Shown here: piece after piece, positions 10,229-18,896 of the stretch
Numbering within the stretch: position 1 is the first letter of the stretch
Layout of the letters: each line of letters begins with the position of its first letter
Assembly: GCA_964549615.1 (NCBI GenBank)
Contig: CAZJVP010000101.1
Coordinates: 36,168 to 100,167, forward strand
Length of the DNA stretch: 64,000 nucleotides
Direction: 5' to 3'
From: an uncultured Thermococci archaeon
GTDB taxonomy: Archaea > CAYQAE01 > CAYVLA01
Notes under the pieces: generated by a model
What the model was told of the DNA's origin: nothing
Seen by the model: the letters and a program-made list of their open reading frames with translations, nothing else
Database searches by the model: none
Translations under genes and position numbers: made by a program

Positions 10229-10987
10229 ATGCCAGCCGTAGTTGGAGTTATACCTGCCAGATACGGATCGACCCGGCTGGAGGGCAAGGTCCTTGCCGAG
10301 ATCGGCGGAAAGCCGATGATCCAACATGTATGGGAGAGGGCAGGGAGGGCCAAGCTGATCGATGAGCTCATCATCGCGGTGGACCACGCCCGGGTGTACG
10401 AAGCGGCTAAGAGGTTTGGGGCGCATGTCGTGATGACCTCTACCTCCCATACCTGCGGGACGGAGAGGGTGGAGGAGGCCGTCAGGAAGCTCGACTGTGA
10501 GATCGCCGTTAACATACAGGGCGATGAGCCGTTCATCCAGCCGGTGACCATAGACGAGGCCGTTCAGCCTCTCATCCAGGATCCGAGCCTTCCCATGGCC
10601 ACGGTCATGAGGAAGATAACGTCTGAGGAAGATCTGCAGGACCCGGGCGTGGTGAAGGTGGTCACCGATCTCAACGGCATGGCATTGTACTTCTCCAGAT
10701 CCCTCATACCGTACCCGAGGCGGAGGGAGAACCTTCAGGCATTCGAGCACATCGGTATCTACAGCTTCCGAAAGGACTTCTTATCCAAGTTCGTCAGGAT
10801 GAAGCCGACGCCCTTGGAACAAACCGAGCTCCTCGAGATGCTCAGGGTGCTTGAGAACGGCTACCGGATCAAGGTCGTGCTCACGAGTTACGAGGGCGAG
10901 ACCTTGAGCGTGGATACGCCCCAGGACCTCGAGAAGGCAAGGGCGCTGTACGAGAGGATGGTCCATGGCGAGCGAAAGCGAGATTAG
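10229..10987 (+). CDS. kdsB: 3-deoxy-manno-octulosonate cytidylyltransferase (CMP-Kdo synthetase)
   Basis: IPARYGSTRLEGK, GTERV, VNIQGDEP, VKVV, ALYFSRSLIPY, HIGIY, LEMLRVLENG, SVDTPQDL. Confidence 0.92.
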   Translation: MPAVVGVIPARYGSTRLEGKVLAEIGGKPMIQHVWERAGRAKLIDELIIAVDHARVYEAAKRFGAHVVMTSTSHTCGTERVEEAVRKLDCEIAVNIQGDEPFIQPVTIDEAVQPLIQDPSLPMATVMRKITSEEDLQDPGVVKVVTDLNGMALYFSRSLIPYPRRRENLQAFEHIGIYSFRKDFLSKFVRMKPTPLEQTELLEMLRVLENGYRIKVVLTSYEGETLSVDTPQDLEKARALYERMVHGERKRD

Positions 10988-12206
10988 GGCGCTGTACGAA
11001 GGCCTAGCAGTGGAGACCAGGGAACGTCTGGACGCCGTCACGGAGAGGATCTGCCGGGTGAAGGAGGACGGCGGCAAGCTCTGCGTCGTGACGGGGAGCG
11101 GCCCGAACCTTCACGAGGGCGTTACCACGCTCATCGCGGAGTTGATACGCAAGGGCGTGGTGGATGGCGTTCTCACCAGCTCGGCCGTCGTCGCGCACGA
11201 AATGGCCGGCACTTTGGAGAAGGTGTACAGGGTGGATGGAAAGGAGCTTGGCGTGGATGTCGACCTGCTGCCGGCGGACGGAAGGTTCGAGATATCCCTG
11301 TGCGGCGACGAGGTCTTGCGAAGGTTGGAGGGCGAGATGAAGGTCGACCGCGACCTAATCTCCAGGGCCCTCGCGATCCCTGGGGACACGATCATCAAGG
11401 CTGCAGGGAACATGTCGTACCCCCTCGGGCTGAGAACGGAGCTCATATCGCACGAGATCCGCGATCTCGCCAGATCCCGGGGGCTGAGCTTTGAGGGGGT
11501 CGCGGGGCTCGGAGCTGATCCAAGGACGATGATCGGGGCCGCAGCCGAGACGGGCATCCCGCTCGTGGTGACGGTGCCTCAGCTAGTCGGCGGGGGGTCG
11601 GTGGGGATGGACATAGCCGACTCCACCTCGATGAGGGACAGAAGCCAGAGGGTTGCGAAGGTCCTGAGCTCATGCGACGTAATCCTGGAGTCGGCCCTTG
11701 CCCTGGCACAGGAGGTCCACGACGGCCCGTTCGAGACCTATACGGGCCACGGGATATGGTCTCGCTGGGTCGGGGATTGGACCTACAGACTCAAGGACAA
11801 GTATCTCGTGAGGATCGACCTCGACCCGAACCTTGAACTGGCGTGGAGAAAGGAGAAGGAGTCGGGGGGCGTCAAGGAGGCCGTGGCCAAGGGCCTGCCG
11901 AAGACGAAGATTCTCGGCATACCTTTTAGGATGGAGATGTCGGGATTCGCCCGCCTCCCGAATAGCGTTCCGATCGTGGGCGACATCGGGCGGATCTGGC
12001 CGGTGATCGCGCACGAGGTGACGAGGCGCCTGGGCATCAAGCTCGACTTCATCTCCCATCCGCAGGAGACGGACTTGGGCAGGGAGATGCGGGAATGGAT
12101 CGTGAAGGAGGTTCGCATCCTGGATAGGGAGAAGATGTACGAGGCGCTCGGGCTTTCTTCCCGCTCGGCGCGCCGTCGGATGAAAGTCTCTACCCCGACC
12201 GCCTGA
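10965..12206 (+). CDS. Hypothetical protein, probable deoxyhypusine-synthase-like (DHS-like NAD/FAD-binding) fold
   Basis: VVTGSGPNLHEGVTTLIAELIRKGVVDGVLTSSAVVAHE and IGAAAETGIPLVV resemble DHS-like segments; overlaps kdsB by 23 nt. Confidence 0.55.
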   Translation: MASESEIRALYEGLAVETRERLDAVTERICRVKEDGGKLCVVTGSGPNLHEGVTTLIAELIRKGVVDGVLTSSAVVAHEMAGTLEKVYRVDGKELGVDVDLLPADGRFEISLCGDEVLRRLEGEMKVDRDLISRALAIPGDTIIKAAGNMSYPLGLRTELISHEIRDLARSRGLSFEGVAGLGADPRTMIGAAAETGIPLVVTVPQLVGGGSVGMDIADSTSMRDRSQRVAKVLSSCDVILESALALAQEVHDGPFETYTGHGIWSRWVGDWTYRLKDKYLVRIDLDPNLELAWRKEKESGGVKEAVAKGLPKTKILGIPFRMEMSGFARLPNSVPIVGDIGRIWPVIAHEVTRRLGIKLDFISHPQETDLGREMREWIVKEVRILDREKMYEALGLSSRSARRRMKVSTPTA

Positions 12207-12330
12207 TGGATCGGGTCGCCCTCTTTGTGGAGACGGCGAGCAAGGGCGCGAAGCTTTTCGTTGCGTACTTGGGAGATCTGACGGGAAAAATGGGGGCACG
12301 CCGTCGCGCGGCGTGCCTTTGATCATCTTC

Positions 12331-13701
12331 TCAGTTTCTTCTGCACACCAATCTTGCGCATACCAGCAGCAAGGGAGCGATCCAGAGCAGCTCGGGGATG
12401 GGAATGACGCACCAGTTCTGCGAGTTGTGCTGCATCTGTGGCCAAGGCATCTTGGTGGCGTCGTACTTGCCGCCAAGAGTTACGCAGTAGAAGTCGTCGC
12501 CGTCGAACTTGAACAGGATCTCGGTCTTGCCGTCCTTATCGACATCCGCAAGACAGACCCCGCTCTCGGCCCTGTCGTTCTGGCGTAGCTTGGTCGTGTT
12601 GAATATCGCTTGGACGTTGCCTCTGTTGTCTAGGACATACAGGCAAGGAGCGACCATGACGACGTCCACCTGTCCGTCGCCCGTCACATCCCCAAACACC
12701 TGGTAGTTGCCCCAGTGCGCGGGATAGGCGGGTTTGAACTTCCACTTGGTCTTCCCCGTGAAGCAGTCCACGCAGTAGGCCATGTAGTTGCTCATGAGTA
12801 CGGTTTCCATGTGTCCGTCGTTGTCGATGTCTCCCAGCGGGATGTCGAATCTGAACTTCTCGTCTCCGGGCATTGTGTCCGCTGTCCAGTGCCACAGCTC
12901 GGTTCCGAAGTAGGAAACGCAGTAGAGCCTCCCCTCGTCGTTGGGGGCCAGGATCTCGTACTCACCGTCATTGTTCACATCGGCCACGACTGCGGTGTTG
13001 CTCTGGAACTTCCCGCCGGTGGGGAACCTCCACTTCTCCTGCCCCGTTGCGGCGTTGTAACAGTAGATATTGGTGTCTTGGCACAGGGCGATCAGCTCGA
13101 CCTGCCCGTCCCGATCGACATCGACCACGGTCGGGTGGCATTCGAACGATCCCCCCGCCTCGGGAGACTTCCAGAAAAGGCTGCCAGTGTGGGTCAGCGC
13201 ATAGATGTGTCTATCGTCCTCCGGGAAGAAGACCTCCATATATCCGTCGCCGTTTACGTCGTAGGCCTCTGGCGTATCCTCTATGGAGTCCCCGGTGGGG
13301 CCGTACTTCCAGATGAGCTGCCCCGTGTTGCTGATGCAGTAGACCATCCTGTCCCTCGCCCCGATCAGTATCTCGACCTTGCCGTCCTTGTTGATGTCGG
13401 CTATGGTTGGCTTGGCCAGGGACTGTCCGATCGGGTCTGTGCCAAGGGGCGGATACAGCCACTTGATCGATCCGTCGTCCTTGAAGCAGGCAAGCCTGCC
13501 CTCGTTCTTCCTGTAGCAGAACAATATCTCGTTCCTGCCATCGTTGTCTATGTCGTATACGTTCGGCGAGGAGTGATGGGACTGTACCAAGTTCTGGGCT
13601 GTCAGGTCAACCGACCATTTCACCGTAACATCCAGAGCTGCTGCCATCGCCAGACATGCGAACAGAACTGTTCCCAGCGCTGCGATTGCCAGTTTCCTCA
13701 T
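12331..13701 (-). CDS. Secreted FG-GAP/VCBS (DxDxDG)-repeat beta-propeller with IPE-TM-RR tail
   Basis: Signal peptide MRKLAIAALGTVLFACLAMAA; repeats DIDNDGRNEI, DINKDGKVEI, DVNGDGYMEV, DVDRDGQVEL, DVNNDGEYEI; ends VIPIPELLWIAPLLLVCARLVCRRN. Confidence 0.85.
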   Translation of the reverse strand: MRKLAIAALGTVLFACLAMAAALDVTVKWSVDLTAQNLVQSHHSSPNVYDIDNDGRNEILFCYRKNEGRLACFKDDGSIKWLYPPLGTDPIGQSLAKPTIADINKDGKVEILIGARDRMVYCISNTGQLIWKYGPTGDSIEDTPEAYDVNGDGYMEVFFPEDDRHIYALTHTGSLFWKSPEAGGSFECHPTVVDVDRDGQVELIALCQDTNIYCYNAATGQEKWRFPTGGKFQSNTAVVADVNNDGEYEILAPNDEGRLYCVSYFGTELWHWTADTMPGDEKFRFDIPLGDIDNDGHMETVLMSNYMAYCVDCFTGKTKWKFKPAYPAHWGNYQVFGDVTGDGQVDVVMVAPCLYVLDNRGNVQAIFNTTKLRQNDRAESGVCLADVDKDGKTEILFKFDGDDFYCVTLGGKYDATKMPWPQMQHNSQNWCVIPIPELLWIAPLLLVCARLVCRRN

Positions 13702-13763
13702 TTTACACACCCTTAGCCGCCCTCACGCTGGTAGCAGCGAGAGAGCAAGCCCGGCGGTAAGGC

Positions 13764-13991
13764 TTAGCTCGGCTGAAATATCTTGCGTCGCCCGTCGCTT
13801 TCCCAGGCGCTTCCACGGCAGGCTCCCTCGAGCACGTCTGTGCGTGGTGCTGGCCCCGCCCCCATCTTCACAAGAACGAGTGCGCCCCCTTTTCTCGCAA
13901 ACGAGACGCCGTCATCAATACCTTTCCGGAGAGCATTGCCACCATATCTTGGGATGACGATCCTCCTCTTCGCATCCACACCCTGGGTCAT
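13764..13991 (-). pseudogene. Degenerate AbrB/MazE/SpoVT-type DNA-binding gene
   Basis: MTQGVDAKRRIVIP...GIDDGVSFARKGGALVLVK resembles the AbrB swapped-hairpin pattern; no partner toxin downstream. Confidence 0.4.
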
Positions 13992-14166
13992 TCCCCACAC
14001 AGCCGTGCGGGAAGGATCATTACCGTCTTGCTACCTCCTTTCCGATCCATCATTTCAGGTCGCCTCCCGATTGCATAATGCTTTGCCGGAAGCGGGGCCT
14101 TGCCATGAAGGACGCTGCGACACGGATTCAAAGCCAGGGAAATGGGTGAGGGGCATCCATAGCCGT

Positions 14167-14970
14167 CTAGAGACGGGCGGCCGTCGTCGGCGCGACGAGG
14201 TGCTGGTTGTTGGTCTTTTCCAGAATGTCCATCACCTCATCGACGTGCCTGAAGTACACCTCTTCCCTAAGATAATTTACGCGCGGCCGCGGAATGTCGA
14301 TCTTGACCTCGCCCACGATCCTGCCCGGCCTTGGCGACATGACCACAACTCGGTCTGCCATGTACACGGCCTCCTCAACGTTATGGCTGACCATCAGGAA
14401 GCTGTTGGTCGGCAGGTTTGGGTCCCTCCAGATCTCCAGAACCAACGCGCGGAGGCTCTTGGCCGTCAGCTCGTCCAGGGAGGAGAAGGGCTCGTCCATG
14501 AGGAGCACCTCGGGGTGAAGCGAAAGCGCCCTAGCGATTCCGACCCTCTGTTTCATCCCGCCGGAGAGGTCATGCGGATAGGTGTTCTCAAAACCCTCCA
14601 AACCGACCATCTTGATGTGCGCCTTTGCGCGTTCCCTCCTAGCTTCCTTTCCCAGCCCAAGGACCTCTAGGGGCAGCTCAACGTTCTCGATCGCGGTCTT
14701 CCATGGAAGGAGCCCGAACAGCTGGAAGATTATCGTTATCGCGGGGCTCGGCGCCGTGTAGGGCCTGTCGTGGAAAAGTACCTGTCCGGAGTCGGGTTGT
14801 TCAAGGCCGGCTATGATCCTGAGCAGCGTCGACTTTCCACATCCAGACGGGCCGACGACGCACACGAATTCATCCACATTGAGCGAGAGGCTCACGTCCT
14901 CAAGGACCTGGATCGTGCCCTTCTCAAACGGGTAAGACTTGCTCACATTCCTTACCTCAAGTAAAGCCAT
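14167..14970 (-). CDS. NitT/TauT-family ABC transporter ATP-binding subunit
   Basis: GPSGCGKST Walker A, LSGGMKQRVGIARAL signature, LLMDEPF Walker B, SHNVEEA. Confidence 0.93.
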   Translation of the reverse strand: MALLEVRNVSKSYPFEKGTIQVLEDVSLSLNVDEFVCVVGPSGCGKSTLLRIIAGLEQPDSGQVLFHDRPYTAPSPAITIIFQLFGLLPWKTAIENVELPLEVLGLGKEARRERAKAHIKMVGLEGFENTYPHDLSGGMKQRVGIARALSLHPEVLLMDEPFSSLDELTAKSLRALVLEIWRDPNLPTNSFLMVSHNVEEAVYMADRVVVMSPRPGRIVGEVKIDIPRPRVNYLREEVYFRHVDEVMDILEKTNNQHLVAPTTAARL

Positions 14971-14972
14971 CT

Positions 14973-16652
14973 TCAGGCCTCCATCCGGTATCTTTCGAAC
15001 TTCCTTAGAAGCCTCCTCCAGACCAATCCCTCCATCGACAGGACTATGGCCGCCATGATGCCAAGGAGCAGGACGAGGAGCACGGTGTTTCCGTACTCGT
15101 ACCCGGCCCTGGACAGGTAGGAGCCCAAGCCGGCCACAGCGAGCGGCTTGCCGTTCTCGGCCGATTCATACGGCATGTACTCGGAGTAGATTATGGTGTT
15201 CCAGCCAGTCCCCCAGGAGAGCAGGCTGCCCGTGACGATTGCCGGCAGGATCGCGGGGATGACGAGGTGGGTAACCTTCCTGAGACCCCTGAGGCCGAAG
15301 ATGAGCCCGACCTCGTTCAGCTCGCTCGGGATGTTCTTCACCGCGCTGACGACGTTGAGGAACATATACCATATCATGTCCAAAACGAGGACTGTTATCG
15401 CCGTGAGCTCAAGCCCCACGGTCCGGCCGAAGATGCCGCTCAGGATCTTGAACATAACAGGGAAAAGGGCAAGTATGGGGACTGCCTGTCCAACATCGTA
15501 CATCGGGTAGAATATCGCGGCGAACTTCTTGTTCTCGGCGGCCAGTACTCCCATCGCGAGCGCCAGAACCAGGGAGACCACGTAGGCAATTCCCAGCCGG
15601 CCCATGGTCAGCGCAACGTACATGGGAAGCCTGCCTAGCTCGTCGGCGGGCGGATCGGACAAGCCCTTTCGAATCGTGTCAAGGCTCGGCAGCCTCCTGG
15701 ACGCCGCGACAATTCCAGAAGCCACGATCGACATGACGAGGACGACCGCGATGGCCTTCTCCAGCCTCGAGTATCTCCTTAGCCTTTGGGACGCAGCAGA
15801 CAGCGAGCGAGGCCAGTGGATCCTATCCCCGACGTGCAACCATCTCCTAACCCCGAGGTTCTTCACGATCCCGAGCTGCCCGACGCCTGAGAGATCCAGC
15901 CTAACCAGTGGCTTGTACGTGCCCCTAGTTGCCCGATCCATCAATGTGTGCCAAGTGAAGGAGTTGATGTAGAGGACGAGCGCGGTGATCAGGGCCAGGA
16001 GCACAACCGCAAGCGTCAGATCGTTGTAGACGTAGGAGGCCTTTGCAAGATACATCCCGAGGCCCGGCACGGAGTAGGCTGTGCCCGCATATTGTATGTA
16101 CTCAGCTGCTATCATGAAGAACCAGCCGTCGCACCAGGCTAGGCATGCACCCGCGACCACGGCTGGCGCGATCGCAGGCAGGATCACGTGCCTTACGTAG
16201 CTGTAGCCTTTCAGCCCGAAGGTCTTGGACGATTCGACCACGTTTGCCGGTATTGCCTTCACGGCCCCGACCACGCCGAAGAAGATGGCCCACGCCATGG
16301 AAGTGAAGAGCAGCACGATCGCCGCCAGCTCAATCGCCAGCTCGCTGGCCTTGAACATCGATATGAGTAACATGATGACCGCGGGGAAGTATCCAAGGAT
16401 GGGGATTGATTGGAGGAGGTCTATGAAGGGTATGAGGACGAGGGAGGCGATCCTGTTTGTGGAGGCCAGGATCCCGAAAGTTATCCCCCAGACGAGCGAG
16501 ATAGCCAAGGTCAAGGTTATCCTTAAGAGCGTCCTGAACGTGTAGTAGGGAAGGGAATCGATCTCCGGGTTCTGGATGAACCTCATCACTAGCCAGTACG
16601 CAAGGACTATGCCGACGAATCCGAGCAGGAATCCCGCAACTCGTCTGTTCAT
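14973..16652 (-). CDS. NitT/TauT-family ABC transporter permease with two fused TM domains
   Basis: Two BPD_transp_1-like halves (LQSIPILGYFP and GQAVPILALFP) with EAA-like loops (VKAIPANVVESSKTFG, VKNIPSELNEVGLIFG). Confidence 0.9.
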   Translation of the reverse strand: MNRRVAGFLLGFVGIVLAYWLVMRFIQNPEIDSLPYYTFRTLLRITLTLAISLVWGITFGILASTNRIASLVLIPFIDLLQSIPILGYFPAVIMLLISMFKASELAIELAAIVLLFTSMAWAIFFGVVGAVKAIPANVVESSKTFGLKGYSYVRHVILPAIAPAVVAGACLAWCDGWFFMIAAEYIQYAGTAYSVPGLGMYLAKASYVYNDLTLAVVLLALITALVLYINSFTWHTLMDRATRGTYKPLVRLDLSGVGQLGIVKNLGVRRWLHVGDRIHWPRSLSAASQRLRRYSRLEKAIAVVLVMSIVASGIVAASRRLPSLDTIRKGLSDPPADELGRLPMYVALTMGRLGIAYVVSLVLALAMGVLAAENKKFAAIFYPMYDVGQAVPILALFPVMFKILSGIFGRTVGLELTAITVLVLDMIWYMFLNVVSAVKNIPSELNEVGLIFGLRGLRKVTHLVIPAILPAIVTGSLLSWGTGWNTIIYSEYMPYESAENGKPLAVAGLGSYLSRAGYEYGNTVLLVLLLGIMAAIVLSMEGLVWRRLLRKFERYRMEA

Positions 16653-16819
16653 GGATCAAGCGACATAGATGACCATCGCCTATAATGCTTTCCAGGCGAG
16701 GGCCTGCGCATCGGTGGCGGATCCCTCCAAGCATCGACGGGGCATCTCTGCCGGGCTCACGCCTGCAGAGCCAAACCTAGTGCGCAGGAACGATGCCCGC
16801 CATATGCTGCGAGGCCCGG

Positions 16820-17638
16820 TTATCCTCCGGCCCTGGCAAATCTTCGTGCCACATCCGCGATGGCGAGTCCCTGAACCGTTATCTTTGAGGGGTCTGCCCA
16901 ACCGAATCCATTCTTCTCCGCAAGGGCGATGTGTTCGACCTCGCCGTATCGGAAGCCCATGAGCCTGCTGCAGACCGAGTCGACGGCGACAAAATCATCC
17001 CCTGCCACAAGTACGTTGGCACCCACGGCTTTGCCGTAGATCTCATGGCCCTCCATAGCCACGATCCCGTCGACTATGTTCAAGTCCGGCTTCACGATCT
17101 TCAGAAGATCGATTATCTTGGTGTTGAAGTCTGCATGCATGAAGCTTTTCTCGCCCGCGATGCACCCCATCATGTTCTTGGCGCAGAGCGTGACCTTGCT
17201 CTCCCCCTGGTGGATCTTCAGCACAGGCATGTTGAGGATGAGGTCCGAGTCAAGGACCGTCCTCGCTATCTGGAACGCCTCAACCGCCAAAGGCTCGGGG
17301 ACCTCGACGCGCACGCATTCGTCGTCCCAGAAATCCACGATCCTGATCCCCAGCCCATCGGCCATCCTTCGGAACCCCAGATCCTCGAAGGCCGCCGCAA
17401 CCCTGGTTGCCGAGCTCTCCCCGATCACGACCTCCCTAGCTCCCGAGTTGATCAGATACCTTGCGGCGTCGAATACCAGTCGGGGATGGGTTGTGACGCC
17501 CGTCTCAGCCGGCATGTTGACGGTGAGGTTTGGCTTGATGAGGACTCTCCTGCCCTTTGCCCGGCGGGAGGTGTTCATGAAGTCGAGGCACCTCTTCACG
17601 TCGCCCGGTCCGGGGCGGAGCACCATTACGCTTGGCAC
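16820..17638 (-). CDS. DUF362 domain protein
   Basis: VLIKPNL..GVTTHP, VVIGES, NMPVLKIH, TLCAKNMMG, IVDGIVAMEG, DFVAVD. Start placed at GTG 17638 (uncertain). Confidence 0.82.
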   Translation of the reverse strand: MPSVMVLRPGPGDVKRCLDFMNTSRRAKGRRVLIKPNLTVNMPAETGVTTHPRLVFDAARYLINSGAREVVIGESSATRVAAAFEDLGFRRMADGLGIRIVDFWDDECVRVEVPEPLAVEAFQIARTVLDSDLILNMPVLKIHQGESKVTLCAKNMMGCIAGEKSFMHADFNTKIIDLLKIVKPDLNIVDGIVAMEGHEIYGKAVGANVLVAGDDFVAVDSVCSRLMGFRYGEVEHIALAEKNGFGWADPSKITVQGLAIADVARRFARAGG

Positions 17639-17786
17639 GGATCGGTCGTCGGCCGCCGGCGGAAATAGGTTTCCCTCACAGTGCTTGCGCCTGCTGTGCC
17701 TGCCCAAGAGATGGCCAAGCTTGGCGGCCGTGAGGGTGCACAAGAATGAGGTTACCATTAATAGTCGGTTTGTCTCGCGCCGTTAT

Positions 17787-18896
17787 ATGAGACCCCGTCT
17801 ATCCGTAGACGTCATCAAGATGCCGGTCCCCGGGGCGCTGGAGGTGGTGTCGCTCGCCGCTGCTGAGACCGGCGTGATATACGGTGGAGTGACTGGGGCA
17901 AAGGGGCACCTCTTCTTCGAGTACGATCCCGACACGGGCCGTGCCAGGGACCTTGGCCACTTGGTCCGGTCGGGAACCCAGATCGTGAGGCGGGATGGCA
18001 GGAAGGTGGAGCAGAAGATTCACAAGTCTCTTTCTGCCCTTCCCGACGGACGCATCGTCGGAGCCACCGGCCAGAACATCGTCGTCATGGATCCCGACTA
18101 CAGGATGGAGGACGATGAAGGCGGCCACGTTTTCGTCTACGATCCCGATTCAGGGTCGTGTTCCGATCTTGCCGTCCCCGTGCCGCACGAATGGATCATC
18201 AACTGCACGGTCTCCCCCGATCTGAGGTACGCCTATGGGATGACCTATCCTCTGAATCACATCTTCCAGGTCGACCTGAAGTCCGGGCAGGCAAGGATAC
18301 TGGGTGAGGTGCATGGCCAGACGACCGCGGACAGCGCGTGCAGCCATGAATGCATCTGCGATATGGATGGCAATCTCTACGGTTCCTGTTGGCGTGGCCA
18401 GATATTCCGCTACGACGTTGGAGAGGACAGGCTCATCGAGACAGACCTCAGCCTCCCAGGCGGCGACCTGCGCATCGACTCCCTTGCCTTGGAAAGGTCC
18501 AGCGGCATGATATACGGAGGAACCTGGGAGGGAGGACACCTCTTCCGGCTTGATCCAGATGCGATGACGATCGAGACGATCGGGACTCCCCATCCCGGCC
18601 CGAGGCTGCCCGCCCTGAAGTTCTCAAGGGAAGGGATCCTCTTTGGCTCGGCGGGCGGCGGCTTCCAGTACAAGACGAGGTCGGCCTTCCTCTTCAGCTA
18701 CGACCCCTCATCTGAAGAACTCGCCGAGATCGGCGATATCGTTGCGCAGGAAAGCGGGATACGTGGGCAACGGATGCACACCATGGCGATCGGCAGGGAT
18801 GGTAGGATCTACCTGGGAGAGACCGGGATGATGACGGGTGAGGCCGGCGAGGTTGGGGTTAACCCGTACGTGTTCGTCTGCCGCCTTGAGGATTGA
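17787..18896 (+). CDS. Cytoplasmic beta-propeller protein
   Basis: Repeated GxxYG..GHLF/YDP blades. ATG at 17787 lies 29 nt after TTAATA. The ORF-track extension to 17076 is antisense to DUF362. Confidence 0.75.
   Translation: MRPRLSVDVIKMPVPGALEVVSLAAAETGVIYGGVTGAKGHLFFEYDPDTGRARDLGHLVRSGTQIVRRDGRKVEQKIHKSLSALPDGRIVGATGQNIVVMDPDYRMEDDEGGHVFVYDPDSGSCSDLAVPVPHEWIINCTVSPDLRYAYGMTYPLNHIFQVDLKSGQARILGEVHGQTTADSACSHECICDMDGNLYGSCWRGQIFRYDVGEDRLIETDLSLPGGDLRIDSLALERSSGMIYGGTWEGGHLFRLDPDAMTIETIGTPHPGPRLPALKFSREGILFGSAGGGFQYKTRSAFLFSYDPSSEELAEIGDIVAQESGIRGQRMHTMAIGRDGRIYLGETGMMTGEAGEVGVNPYVFVCRLED

Noticed and set aside
17076-17786. Apparent N-terminal fusion to the beta-propeller (606-aa ORF)
   Set aside because: The extension is antisense to the DUF362 gene; TATA spacing supports ATG 17787.
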